Source: Bacteroidales bacterium
Lineage (GTDB): Bacteria > Bacteroidota > Bacteroidia > Bacteroidales > VadinHA17
Direction: 5' to 3'
DNA length: 64,000 nucleotides
Assembly (NCBI GenBank): GCA_036743455.1
Contig: DAINPM010000002.1
Location: 7,349-71,348, forward strand
Made by a program: the position numbers and the translations under genes. The notes under the pieces were generated by a model. The model was given only the letters and a program-made list of their open reading frames with translations. It did not search any database and had not been told where the DNA came from. Numbering within the stretch: position 1 is the stretch's first letter; each line of letters opens with the position of its first letter. Below are positions 9,730-19,794 of the stretch, one piece after another.

Positions 9730-10401
9730 ATGAATGAAGGTTTTAATATTTCAGATTGTGCTCTCATTGCTATCGCAACAGGGGAAAAAGCACAAAACCT
9801 GAGAGAATTCAGGGATCATCTCAGGACAGTTCATCCGGGTTGTTTTTATTATCATTTCTGGGGTGGTCTTTTATACCCCCATTTTAATGACCCGGAATTC
9901 CAGAATGATTTTGCCGTATGGGCTTCACGTAATCTTCACGATCAGAAAATCTCCGAACAATTTGCTGTAATTGATCCGAATATTTATAGCGATATTGAAG
10001 ATCTCCGGCAGGAGATTATAGAAATAGTTGAAGAACGCCTTTATGAATCAGAACATGTTCCATGGGCCAAAAGAGGACAGGAATTTCATTTTATTCGTTC
10101 ACAGATAGTCATTTTCGAGACAGGGATAACATACACTGATCCCCGCGAACTGGTTGAAGCAATACCAAACATGTCTCTTGGAAGTATATTTTTCCATTTC
10201 ATTGACTCCCGGCGCCGAACTGAAGGACACAGAAATGATATATCTGTCTGGCTTGAAGGATTGGGAGATGAATATGAAGAATTAATAAAAGTACTTGATA
10301 AAATAGATCCCTATTTTACTACTCTGAGTGAACTACGAAATATCATTCACATCGCATTTAACAATTTTTTTAAGAAGATACCGAATGGGAAGCTTACTTG
10401 A
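9730..10401 (+). CDS. Conserved hypothetical protein. It resembles the family I recall as DUF5752, which is found upstream of TreT-like glycosyltransferases.
   Basis: The 223-aa ORF has an ATG start. Its last 17 nt overlap the treT ATG at 10385. No catalytic motif was recognised. Confidence 0.5.
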   Translation: MNEGFNISDCALIAIATGEKAQNLREFRDHLRTVHPGCFYYHFWGGLLYPHFNDPEFQNDFAVWASRNLHDQKISEQFAVIDPNIYSDIEDLRQEIIEIVEERLYESEHVPWAKRGQEFHFIRSQIVIFETGITYTDPRELVEAIPNMSLGSIFFHFIDSRRRTEGHRNDISVWLEGLGDEYEELIKVLDKIDPYFTTLSELRNIIHIAFNNFFKKIPNGKLT

Positions 10402-11635
10402 ACAATACGCCAGTGTTGCAGGACACGAAGTTATCGACCAGTTACAACAGCTGGCCAATCCGTTAAGAGGAATGAAGATCCTTCATATTAATTCCACTAA
10501 AGAAGGGGGTGGCGTTGCTGAAATTCTGAACCGCCTTATACCTCTGAAAAAGGAATTGGGAATAGATGCAGAATGGGAGATTATTACCGGTGAAAAAGAT
10601 TTTTATCTCTGCACTAAAAAAATGCATAATTCATTACAAGGCAACAGAGATGATATTCCAGACAATCTCCTGTCGGTATATGAAAAAACGAACAGGGAAA
10701 ATTACGAACGACTGAGAGAAAAACTTGAAACGGCAGACATAGTTTTTATTCATGACCCACAACCTGCAGCTCTGCTCAGCCATTGTAACAACAGAAAAGG
10801 CAAGTGGTTCTGGAGGTGCCACATAGATGTCAGTCACCCATACAGGCCCGTATGGAAATATCTACGGGAGTTTATTAAAGGATATGACGCAAGTATCTGG
10901 TCACTTTCGGAATTTGTTCAACCACTCAATCATCCACAATATCTTATACCTCCCAGTATTGATCCGCTGAGCGAAAAAAACAGAGAACTTCCAAAGAAAG
11001 AAATAACGGATTTACTTAATTCATGGGGGATAAAAAAGGACATCCCTCTTATCACCCAGGTTTCGCGCTTTGACAGGTTCAAGGATCCTGTAGGTGTAAT
11101 ACAAAGTTACAGGATGGTAAAAAAATATGTCCCCGTTCAGCTGGTATTGGCTGGTGGTGGTGCATCTGACGACCCTGAAGGCCAGGAAGTACTGGATGAA
11201 GTTAAAGCCTTTGCCGGCAATGATCCGGATATTCATGTACTGGAACTTCCACCCGATGCACACAGGCAAATCAATGCCCTTCAAAGTGGCTCTGACATCA
11301 TAATACAAAAATCGCTCAAAGAAGGATTCGGTTTAACCGTAACAGAAGGCTTATGGAAGGGGAAACCCGTTATTGCAGGTAATACCGGCGGTATCAAGCT
11401 GCAAATAATAGATCACTACACAGGGTTCAGAGTTACAACACCCGAAGGTGCTGCTATGAGGATAAGATATCTACTTAAACATCCCGGGACAAGAAAACGC
11501 ATGGGAGAAAATGCCCGGCAATTTGTTCTCAACAATTACCTCATAACCCGTCAGCTAAGAGAATACCTTACACTTGTGGTCGGTTTATTATTCGGATCTG
11601 AAGACAAAATAGAACTGAAATTACCTTCTCACTAA
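10385..11635 (+). CDS. treT: Trehalose glycosyltransferring synthase (TreT-type GT4 glycosyltransferase).
   Basis: The blocks NSTKEGGGVAEIL, HDPQPAAL, WRCHIDVS, PPSIDPLSEKN, ITQVSRFD, DDPEG and EGFGLTVTEGLWKGKPVI match my memory of Thermococcus/Pyrococcus TreT almost residue for residue. The ORF-track start at 10328 is a GTG extension. Confidence 0.85.
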   Translation: MGSLLEQYASVAGHEVIDQLQQLANPLRGMKILHINSTKEGGGVAEILNRLIPLKKELGIDAEWEIITGEKDFYLCTKKMHNSLQGNRDDIPDNLLSVYEKTNRENYERLREKLETADIVFIHDPQPAALLSHCNNRKGKWFWRCHIDVSHPYRPVWKYLREFIKGYDASIWSLSEFVQPLNHPQYLIPPSIDPLSEKNRELPKKEITDLLNSWGIKKDIPLITQVSRFDRFKDPVGVIQSYRMVKKYVPVQLVLAGGGASDDPEGQEVLDEVKAFAGNDPDIHVLELPPDAHRQINALQSGSDIIIQKSLKEGFGLTVTEGLWKGKPVIAGNTGGIKLQIIDHYTGFRVTTPEGAAMRIRYLLKHPGTRKRMGENARQFVLNNYLITRQLREYLTLVVGLLFGSEDKIELKLPSH

Positions 11636-11659
11636 AAAATACAGAACAGAAAAATAAGA

Positions 11660-13135
11660 ATGAAAGAAGCACTTAATATACTAATGACAGCTTCTGAATG
11701 TGTCCCTTTTGCCAAAACAGGAGGACTGGGGGATGTTGTTGGTACTTTACCCCGTTTTCTGAAAAAAGCTGGCCATAATGTTATCGTCATAACTCCATTG
11801 TATTCATTCATAAACAGAGAAGAACACAATCTTAAAGTTACTTTCGATAAAATTAGTGTAAGAATGGAATATGAAGAAATTGTCTTCTCTCTCCATGAAA
11901 GCACAATGAGAGGTGATGTGCCTGTATATTTCATTGATTATGAACCTTTTTTCAATAGATCAAATATATATCATGATGATAATTTTATTGATTATCAGGA
12001 TAATCCCAAACGTTTCTCATTTCTGTCAAAAGCAGCATTGGAAGTTTGCAAATTACTGAATTTCCCCCCTGACATTGCTCATGGGCATGACTGGCACACT
12101 GCTATTCTGCCGGCTTACCTGAAAAGATTGTATTCTCATGACAGCTTTTTTACAAATACGGCCAGCGTACTCACTATTCATAACATAGCCTACCAGGGAA
12201 GATATGATAAATATTATCATTATTATGCGGGGTTGAATGATGAGGATTTCACCCCCGATAAATTTGAATGTTTCAATGCTGTTAATTTCCTGAAAGGAGG
12301 TATTTATTTTGCTGATGCAGTAAATACAGTGAGTAAGGGATATGCATCAGAAATAAAAACTTCATCAGGCGGTCATGGTCTTGATCAGTTTATTAAGAGG
12401 AAGGGTGATAATTTTTTGGGCATTCTAAACGGAGCAGATTACGGAGAATGGGATCCTGCAAAAGATAAGCTTATCCCTTCCAATTATAATAGTACTAATC
12501 TTAATGGTAAAGATTTATGTAAAAAAGTATTGCAAAAGGAATTCAGGTTACAGGAGAATAATAAAATACCTGTTATTGGCATAATCAGCAGAATGGTTGA
12601 ACAAAAAGGTTTCTACCTGTTGCCAGGGTGTATTGATCAGATAATGGAGAGCCTGGATGTCCAGTTTGCTGTCCTTGGTTCAGGTGATAAATACCTTGAA
12701 GTCTTCTTTAGCGATCTGGAAAAGAGATTTCCGGGAAAAGTAGGGACGTACATTGGTTACAACAATCACCTGGCTCATCTGATAGAATCCGGCAGCGATC
12801 TCTTTCTGATGCCCTCATTATATGAACCATGCGGATTAAACCAGATTTATTCACTTAAATACGGAACTTTGCCGATAGTAAGAGCTACCGGAGGATTAAA
12901 AGACACTGTTGAAAATTATGATCCGGATACCGGTCTGGGTACAGGATTTGTCTTTTGGGAACCCTCATGCAATTCTATCTACAATACTATCAAATGGGCT
13001 GTCGAAACATTTTATAACAGAAAGCAGCATTTTCACGATCTAAGGAAAAGAGCCATGCTCAAAAATTTCTCCTGGGAGAAAAGTGTTGCAGAATATATTA
13101 AACTCTATAAAAAGGCTATGGGAGATAAGCCCTGA
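11660..13135 (+). CDS. glgA: Glycogen (starch) synthase GlgA.
   Basis: It has the N-terminal ASECVPFAKTGGLGDVVGTLP motif, the C-terminal PSLYEPCGLNQ and VRATGGLKDTV blocks, and a length of 491 aa. Confidence 0.9.
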   Translation: MKEALNILMTASECVPFAKTGGLGDVVGTLPRFLKKAGHNVIVITPLYSFINREEHNLKVTFDKISVRMEYEEIVFSLHESTMRGDVPVYFIDYEPFFNRSNIYHDDNFIDYQDNPKRFSFLSKAALEVCKLLNFPPDIAHGHDWHTAILPAYLKRLYSHDSFFTNTASVLTIHNIAYQGRYDKYYHYYAGLNDEDFTPDKFECFNAVNFLKGGIYFADAVNTVSKGYASEIKTSSGGHGLDQFIKRKGDNFLGILNGADYGEWDPAKDKLIPSNYNSTNLNGKDLCKKVLQKEFRLQENNKIPVIGIISRMVEQKGFYLLPGCIDQIMESLDVQFAVLGSGDKYLEVFFSDLEKRFPGKVGTYIGYNNHLAHLIESGSDLFLMPSLYEPCGLNQIYSLKYGTLPIVRATGGLKDTVENYDPDTGLGTGFVFWEPSCNSIYNTIKWAVETFYNRKQHFHDLRKRAMLKNFSWEKSVAEYIKLYKKAMGDKP

Positions 13136-13245
13136 TGAACCATGTCCTATAGGAAAGAATTGTGATCACGTCCGGAAATCATCCTTACTAACAGGGTCTG
13201 TAAAAAGTCGATACAATGCTCCCGGCCGATTCAATAATGATTTCT

Positions 13246-14616
13246 TCATTTTTCCGGCCATTCACTTTTCAGGAGATAATGGTAAGTACTGTTTACGGAG
13301 TTAGATCTGGCCTTTTGAATCATGATCTTATCATTCTGTAACAGACGGATCATCTCTGCACCGGCATATAGGACGGGGCCATAACCGTGTGTTGCAAAGA
13401 TACTGGCACCCCTGTTATAATAATACACATTATCATGGGCAAAAGTTGTAGCTTCGCAGGTTCCGTCCACTGCACCATTTAGCAGAACCCGGCTTTCAGT
13501 GGCATTCCAGCCAGTCAGTGCAACAGGTCCGTAAACATGGCTTATCCATCCCTCATTGATCCCCTTTGCAACAGCGAAGGTGATCATTGCCGTACAAGAT
13601 GTTTCAAGAAAAGTATCAGTTTTGTCAAGCATATTATGCCAAAAACCGGTTCCATCCTGAAGTCCGGCAAGGGTACGGATCATAGAACGATAAAGGTGAA
13701 GTATTTCCTCTCTCCCCCTGTAATCTTCAGGCAGAAGATCGAGTAATTCAGCCATAGCCATCAATGTCCAGCCATTGGCACGCCCCCAGTAAAATCGTGG
13801 GTCATAATCACCAGAAGTAACACTCCAGCCATGATCAAATAATTCTTTTTCGGGAATATAAAGTCTGTCAGCCATTTGCAGAACCTGTTTTACCGCATCA
13901 TCAAAATATTTATTTTCTTTTGTCAGTATACCCATATTTGCAAGAAAAGGGACACTCATATACATATCATCTGCCCATACCGACTGATATTGCGGGCGAT
14001 GCCTGGCCAGGGTTCCGTCATCCAGACGGAATTGCCCATTAGAAATATAATCGGCAATTTTGTTTATGAGATCCAGGTAATCATCGTTTTTGTCCTTTAA
14101 GTATGTCTTAATCATTGCTGCACCGATAGATCCACAATCATCCAGCGCCTCAAAATCAGGAGTTCTTCCCCAGCCTCCCCTTGCCTCACTGCCAAACTTT
14201 TTACGGTTTTCAATGAAATAAGGGAGTGTCTCTACAACAAAATCAAAGAACCGGGTATTATTGGCAAAAAAAGTCTGATCGCCTGTTACATCTCCTATAT
14301 ATCCAAATGCAGAAAGAACAACACCATGTGTATAGGACCATTCTCCTGCAAAACCATCGGAAACACGCGCATTCTTATTCAACTTTTCAAAATTGGTTAT
14401 TTCATTACCGGTTTCGGAATCAATAACTTTTAAAGTACTTGTGGATTCATAGTAAGAAAGAACCCTGTACAGAATTTCCTCTATTCCCTCAACTGTCGGA
14501 TAATCATAGGGAACAAGATAATCTGGTATCCTTTCCGGGCTTTCCTGCTGGGCCTGCAACATTATGCAGCTATGCAACAGTAGAATAATAATTAAAGAAG
14601 ATTTGATGTATTCCAT
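13246..14616 (-). CDS. Secreted glycoside hydrolase of the GH88/GH105 family (unsaturated glucuronyl/rhamnogalacturonyl hydrolase-like).
   Basis: A signal peptide MEYIKSSLIIILLLHSCIMLQAQ is present, together with the motifs VWADDMYMSVPFL and WGRANGW that are typical of Glyco_hydro_88. Confidence 0.7.
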   Translation of the reverse strand: MEYIKSSLIIILLLHSCIMLQAQQESPERIPDYLVPYDYPTVEGIEEILYRVLSYYESTSTLKVIDSETGNEITNFEKLNKNARVSDGFAGEWSYTHGVVLSAFGYIGDVTGDQTFFANNTRFFDFVVETLPYFIENRKKFGSEARGGWGRTPDFEALDDCGSIGAAMIKTYLKDKNDDYLDLINKIADYISNGQFRLDDGTLARHRPQYQSVWADDMYMSVPFLANMGILTKENKYFDDAVKQVLQMADRLYIPEKELFDHGWSVTSGDYDPRFYWGRANGWTLMAMAELLDLLPEDYRGREEILHLYRSMIRTLAGLQDGTGFWHNMLDKTDTFLETSCTAMITFAVAKGINEGWISHVYGPVALTGWNATESRVLLNGAVDGTCEATTFAHDNVYYYNRGASIFATHGYGPVLYAGAEMIRLLQNDKIMIQKARSNSVNSTYHYLLKSEWPEK

Positions 14617-14711
14617 TAGTATACTGATATAAATGAATTATTAAATCCATATCTATAGTCGTCTTAAACTATTCGTATTGTGCATAAAATATCGTTACAT
14701 ATTTTGAGATC

Positions 14712-17156
14712 TTATAACTGAAATATTTTTTTGTCGTTCGTCTCAAATAGGTATGTGGTACCATTTACTCCAATAGTGACAGGATTTGCCCATCCTTTAT
14801 CGAAGGTAATGGTTAAGGTTTTGTGATTAATATCCAGGTGGATCCAGTGTCCGCGGTACCGGAGATAAAACCTCATTTGCCTGATATCTTCAGGCAGTTG
14901 TGGATTGAACCATAACACGTCATCTCTAATCTCCAGACCTGTATAGCATCGTTGAATAATATCGAGCGTCCCGGCCATTGCACCCAGGTGTATTCCTTCA
15001 TGGGTTGTCCCTCCCTGTACGTCCTTAAAATCGCTCAAAAGGGCCTTGCGAAAACTTTTCCATGACTCATCTCTGTTCGACCGGGCAAATACCCATGCAT
15101 ATATCACCTGGCTTAGTGTTGAACCGTGGGCAGTGTGTCTGCTGTAATAATCAATGTTCTCAGGAATAGTGCCGGGCTTTAAAGTGTAACCAAGATTATT
15201 AAAAATACCGTCAAGTTCTTCTGCTGAAAAAAGGTAAAAAAGCATCAATACATCGGCCTGTTTACTTGCCTTGTAATTGTTGCAGCTATCGCCTTCGGCC
15301 TCCAGTACACGATCCAGACGAATAAACTGACCATACTCCCTGTGATAATAATCCCAATCCAGCTCCTTTAGCTTATCATAGCCATCAAACTGCATAATGA
15401 GGTCGTCTTTAAATGGAACATACATGTTTTTGGTAATTTTTTTCCATCTATCTATATCAATTTCTGAGAATCCAACTGTTTGTCTGAGATTTTTGCGCCA
15501 TTCATTATCCAGCAATTCAAGCAATTCAAGAGCACGTTCAATGACCCAGACAGCCATTACATTGGTATAGGCATTATTGTTAAGTCCCGGTTCGTCTTCT
15601 GCTGCTCCCGGGTAATGTGTATGGTATTCATCAGGGCCCATTACCTTTTTAATTTCATATTTCCCCATCTTTTCGTTCAAGGTGGCTTTGTCTGACCAAA
15701 ACAAAGCATTGGAAAGTATAATCTCAGCTCCGTGAGATAAGAGAAAATCTATATCTCCTGTACTCTGGTAATAATGCCACACGTTGTAGGGGACAGCGGC
15801 ATTTATATGGTATTGGAGGTGAGACACATCCGGAAGCCATCGGCCTGAACGGGGATTAAGATGAATTTTCTGAGTTTCTTCGCGTCCGTTGCTGCCGCTT
15901 TGCCATGGGAACATAGCACCGCGATATCCGGACTGAAAAGCTGCAAATCTTGCCTCGGGCAATCTGCGGTACCTGTACATGAGCAGAGAGCGCGACAACT
16001 GTGGAAAGTGAAGATCAATAAATGGCTTAATATACAATTCATCCCAGAAAATATGCCCACGATAGGCTTCACCATGCCATCCCCGTGCCGGTATACCAAT
16101 ATCGTAGTCGACACTGTTGAGAGAAACCGTTTGATAAAGATGGAGAATGTGCAGTCGTATTACCTTCTGATCAAGGGGTTCGCTTGTTTCTAACTCAATA
16201 TCGTTGTACTGCCAGATGTGTCTCCAGGCAGCAGTATGTTTCTCTTCCAGGGTTCCGAATGTATCAGCACGATCAATTGATTTCCTGGCTTCGGTCAGGG
16301 GGTCGGAGATAGCCATGTCGCGGGAGGAGAAAAATGACATGATCTTTTCTACCTGACAGGTCTCTCCTTCCTGGCAATTAAAAATAAAATCCATAGCTAC
16401 AAGACCATCCTCGTTCACTTCATTTATGAATGTTTCAGTACTTTTGCCCTTGAAGAAAATAGTGGTTTTTGCTGCCTGTGCTGTCAGTATTTTTGATTGT
16501 TTGCTTTGGCTGAGCATATAAATACTGCTATCGTTAAAATGCCCGGTATCGATAATATCAATATGATTCTGGTTCAAAGCACTGTATCGCTCTACATTAT
16601 TATTGATAATGTTTCCGTCAATTCCTGATCGCAGGGTTATTTTGCCCGACCAGTTGAGCGGTATAAGTTCCCATTGAATAGCAGCAGCATGGGGGTTACT
16701 CATGCTAACCAGGCGTCTTGATTTTAATTCGCTTACTCTCCCTTTCTTATCGCGAAAGGACAGTTTGCGTTCCAGTATCGCTTCCTTAAGGTGCAGATGT
16801 GTTTCGTAACTGATTATCTCCGTAGCATCCATATCAAACCAGTTGTCATCTTCAATCCTGAAAGTGAGATATAACCAGTTAGGCCAGTTAACCAGATCTT
16901 CATTTTCTATGATCTTATCCTGCACTTTTGATTTCATCCTGTTATAGCCACCTGCCAGATAAGTGCCCGGATAGTTCCAATACTTACCAGGGGACACTTT
17001 GTTTTTCCCAACAATGTTTTTTGGGTGTTGATTTTTTTCCATCTCAAGTGCTCCCCGTGTAGTAAAATATCCATTTCCAAGGGTGCATAGTGCTTCCTGC
17101 AAGGAGTGGTCTTTTGTATTAAAATCCTTGTATGTTATTGTCCAGTCTGATTTCAT
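14712..17156 (-). CDS. Glycoside hydrolase family 65 disaccharide phosphorylase (trehalose/kojibiose/maltose-phosphorylase-like). Its substrate is unknown.
   Basis: It has the N-terminal LCTLGNGYFTTRGA block, the central HIFWDELYI block and the GPDEYH general-acid block. The protein is 814 aa. Confidence 0.85.
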   Translation of the reverse strand: MKSDWTITYKDFNTKDHSLQEALCTLGNGYFTTRGALEMEKNQHPKNIVGKNKVSPGKYWNYPGTYLAGGYNRMKSKVQDKIIENEDLVNWPNWLYLTFRIEDDNWFDMDATEIISYETHLHLKEAILERKLSFRDKKGRVSELKSRRLVSMSNPHAAAIQWELIPLNWSGKITLRSGIDGNIINNNVERYSALNQNHIDIIDTGHFNDSSIYMLSQSKQSKILTAQAAKTTIFFKGKSTETFINEVNEDGLVAMDFIFNCQEGETCQVEKIMSFFSSRDMAISDPLTEARKSIDRADTFGTLEEKHTAAWRHIWQYNDIELETSEPLDQKVIRLHILHLYQTVSLNSVDYDIGIPARGWHGEAYRGHIFWDELYIKPFIDLHFPQLSRSLLMYRYRRLPEARFAAFQSGYRGAMFPWQSGSNGREETQKIHLNPRSGRWLPDVSHLQYHINAAVPYNVWHYYQSTGDIDFLLSHGAEIILSNALFWSDKATLNEKMGKYEIKKVMGPDEYHTHYPGAAEDEPGLNNNAYTNVMAVWVIERALELLELLDNEWRKNLRQTVGFSEIDIDRWKKITKNMYVPFKDDLIMQFDGYDKLKELDWDYYHREYGQFIRLDRVLEAEGDSCNNYKASKQADVLMLFYLFSAEELDGIFNNLGYTLKPGTIPENIDYYSRHTAHGSTLSQVIYAWVFARSNRDESWKSFRKALLSDFKDVQGGTTHEGIHLGAMAGTLDIIQRCYTGLEIRDDVLWFNPQLPEDIRQMRFYLRYRGHWIHLDINHKTLTITFDKGWANPVTIGVNGTTYLFETNDKKIFQL

Positions 17157-17168
17157 ATAAAAGTTCTT

Positions 17169-18740
17169 TTAATGTTTCTGTTCATGCAATTCAATGAGTT
17201 TTTTAAAAAACTCATTTACCTGAAAAACATTTTTCAGCGAATATCTTGCTGCCGTAGGCTGCCCATGGCTACCCACCAATATACCTAACCCGATATTTTT
17301 CAAAGCTTTAAAACCATCCTCATCAGTAATATCATCTCCAATAAAGACAGGAATAACATCTTTGTTCTGCGACAAATTAAGTGCATCGAGTATCCACAGC
17401 ACAGCTTTACCCTTATGCCAGTCAAGATCTGGTTTAATTTCGATTATCTTTTTCCCTTCACCTTTTTTATGACCGGGATGTTTTTCAAGTATTTCATCCA
17501 CCAGCTTTCTTACTACTTCTTCATCTTCCGGGCGTGCATTACGATAATGAATACCAATGGCATAACGTTTTCTATCCACCTGGGTGCCCCTGGTTTTTCC
17601 TTTTAGATATGAAACGACTTCTTTCTCTATAACATTGAGTCTGGGAATAATCTTTTCCGAATCGGGATGTTCCATAAACAATTCATTTGGTCCTGTTATG
17701 ATATATCCATGGCTCCCGGCGTAAATCATTTCATCGAGACCTACCAGTTTTTCGACATCTTCCTTGTCACGTCCGGTAACAATAGCTACGGTGTATATTC
17801 CGGCCAGTTTTTTAAGGGTTTTTCTCATTCCGGGGGAAAGAATTGCATTTTCAGGGCGGGGAACAATGGGTGAAAGTGTGCCATCATAATCCAGAAAAAT
17901 AACGGGTGTCTTTTGTGAAAGGATATCAAATATTTCAATATTTTCAGGAAAGATGGGTATTCCCTGGCGGGCAAAAAATTTTTCGTGCAAAGCCCTGTCG
18001 TGAAGATCAAAATCCCTGAAATCATCAATAGTGATATCGGCACCATTTTTCAGTAATGCTTTTGAGTTGCCGAAGCGGCTTATTCCAACTACCAGCCCGA
18101 AATATCCCCTTTGTCCGGCTTTTACTCCGGATGAAGCATCTTCAAAGACCACCGCATTTTCAACATTTATATTCAAACGTCGGGCTGCTTCTGTAAAAAT
18201 ATCCGGGTTGGGTTTCCCTTTCAGCCCAATCTCTTCCGATACCAATCCATCCACACAGGTATCAAAAAGATTGCTGATACCTGCCACTTGAATGATCTTT
18301 CTGCAATTTTTACTGGAAGACACAATGGCTGTTTTCATTCCCTGGCTGCGCCATACCTTTAATTTTTCCAGTGCATCATGATACACTTCAACGCCGTCTT
18401 TTTCCAGAAGATTGTTAAAAAGTACGTTTTTGCTGTTTCCCAGGGCACAGACAGTATCATATCCAGGATCATCATTTTTTGACCCATAAGGTATCTCGAC
18501 ACCCCTGGATGCCAAAAAACTCTTTACTCCCTGATAGCGGGGTTTCCCATCAATGTATTCCTGGTAATCGTATTCTGTCATGGAAGCCTGCCCCGGGCAA
18601 CGATCTTCAAAGAATTTGTCGAACATCACCTTCCATGCTTTTTTGTGTGTTGTACGGGTTTGTGTTATCACTCCGTCGAGATCAAAAATAAGAGCTTCGA
18701 TAGATTTAGTTTCTGATAAAGATTTTGTCTTATCGTTCAT
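17169..18740 (-). CDS. Fusion protein of a beta-phosphoglucomutase-like HAD domain and a trehalose-6-phosphate-phosphatase-like HAD domain.
   Basis: The N-terminal half carries LIFDLDGVITQT ... VVFEDASSGVKAG (beta-PGM type). The C-terminal half carries IFLDYDGTLSPIV ... VTGRD ... FIGDDITDEDGF (OtsB type). Its stop codon is 12 nt from the GH65 start. Confidence 0.8.
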   Translation of the reverse strand: MNDKTKSLSETKSIEALIFDLDGVITQTRTTHKKAWKVMFDKFFEDRCPGQASMTEYDYQEYIDGKPRYQGVKSFLASRGVEIPYGSKNDDPGYDTVCALGNSKNVLFNNLLEKDGVEVYHDALEKLKVWRSQGMKTAIVSSSKNCRKIIQVAGISNLFDTCVDGLVSEEIGLKGKPNPDIFTEAARRLNINVENAVVFEDASSGVKAGQRGYFGLVVGISRFGNSKALLKNGADITIDDFRDFDLHDRALHEKFFARQGIPIFPENIEIFDILSQKTPVIFLDYDGTLSPIVPRPENAILSPGMRKTLKKLAGIYTVAIVTGRDKEDVEKLVGLDEMIYAGSHGYIITGPNELFMEHPDSEKIIPRLNVIEKEVVSYLKGKTRGTQVDRKRYAIGIHYRNARPEDEEVVRKLVDEILEKHPGHKKGEGKKIIEIKPDLDWHKGKAVLWILDALNLSQNKDVIPVFIGDDITDEDGFKALKNIGLGILVGSHGQPTAARYSLKNVFQVNEFFKKLIELHEQKH

Positions 18741-18890
18741 AACATTTTCTGTTTGAATTTCTGTTTTTTCAGTTTAAGCATGTCGATCTTTGGTTAATAT
18801 ATTAATCTACAGCCACAATACAAAACTTTCAAGCCAGTTTTTATTGTGAAAAACGGAATTATATTATCTCAAGCCGACAGTTTTCTGCAT

Positions 18891-19661
18891 TCAGAACTTC
18901 TCAATAGCGCCCAGACCAAATAATGCAAAATCGTACCTGACAGGATCTTCTGAATCAAAGCTTCTCAGAATCGCATCCAGTTCTGTTACTGCCTTGGCAT
19001 CGTTTTGTTTTCTCTTCAACAGTCCAAGTTTTCTGGCAACATTACCTGAATGAACATCGAGGGGACATGACAGGATTGACGGTGATATCGTATCCCATAT
19101 ACCAAAATCCACACCTCTTTTATCTTTCCTGACCATCCATCGCAGGAACATGTTCATTCTCTTTGCAGCTGATCCCTTTAGCGGGTCGGAGATGTGTTTA
19201 CCTGCTCTTTTTTCATGAGGGAGTTCAAAAAATATATTTCTGAAATGGTGGATAGCCGTTTGTAATGAATCATTGGTTTTGAATTGTGAAAAAATACTCT
19301 CCGGGCCTTTGTAGCTGGTATAAATATGGCGTAGAGCTTTAATGAAATAAATAAAATCATCAGCATTGAAAGTACGGTGAATAACACAATGTATTCTCCT
19401 CAGATCATTACTGCTATGACCCATTACGAAATCGTAAGGTGCATTATCCATAAATGACATCATCAGACGTGCATTTCTGCATATCATCACACGATTACCC
19501 CACGCAATAGTGGCCGCGAGGAAACCGGATATTTCAATATCTTCTTTCAAGGTATATTGATGGGGAATACTTACAGGATCATGTGCAATGAAGTCGGGAC
19601 AATTATATTTATCAGCTTTTTCATCCAAAAATTCTTTAAGTTCTGTCAGTTTTAGTCTCAT
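18891..19661 (-). CDS. TIGR02757-family (DUF2400) conserved protein.
   Basis: The block DPVSIPHQY..EDIEISGFLAATIAWGNRVMI and the 256-aa length match my memory of this family, which is common in Bacteroidota. Confidence 0.65.
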   Translation of the reverse strand: MRLKLTELKEFLDEKADKYNCPDFIAHDPVSIPHQYTLKEDIEISGFLAATIAWGNRVMICRNARLMMSFMDNAPYDFVMGHSSNDLRRIHCVIHRTFNADDFIYFIKALRHIYTSYKGPESIFSQFKTNDSLQTAIHHFRNIFFELPHEKRAGKHISDPLKGSAAKRMNMFLRWMVRKDKRGVDFGIWDTISPSILSCPLDVHSGNVARKLGLLKRKQNDAKAVTELDAILRSFDSEDPVRYDFALFGLGAIEKF

Positions 19662-19794
19662 AAGCTTTTAAGATGTAAGCTGTAAAACTACGGATATAAA
19701 TTATTCTCCAGTCTGTCCAGGTGTTTTCCCACCAGCTGTTGGATCCGGTTTAAAAAGTGAATACCTGTCACATAAAAATAACAAACAGGCGTTA

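Noticed and set aside
10328-10384. A GTG-initiated N-terminal extension of the TreT ORF. The same issue arises with alternative-start extensions at 33561 (GTG), 54998, 6716, 21073, 45039 and 48888 (TTG).
   Set aside because: In each case a downstream ATG gives an N-terminus that matches the family or a proper signal peptide or lipobox. The extensions overlap upstream genes or encode implausible leaders.
13246-14616. I considered whether the GH88/GH105-like hydrolase belongs to the trehalose/glycogen island.
   Set aside because: Its predicted substrates (unsaturated uronyl oligosaccharides) and its secreted location are unrelated to cytoplasmic trehalose or glycogen metabolism. It is separated from GH65 by 95 nt and probably just neighbours the island.
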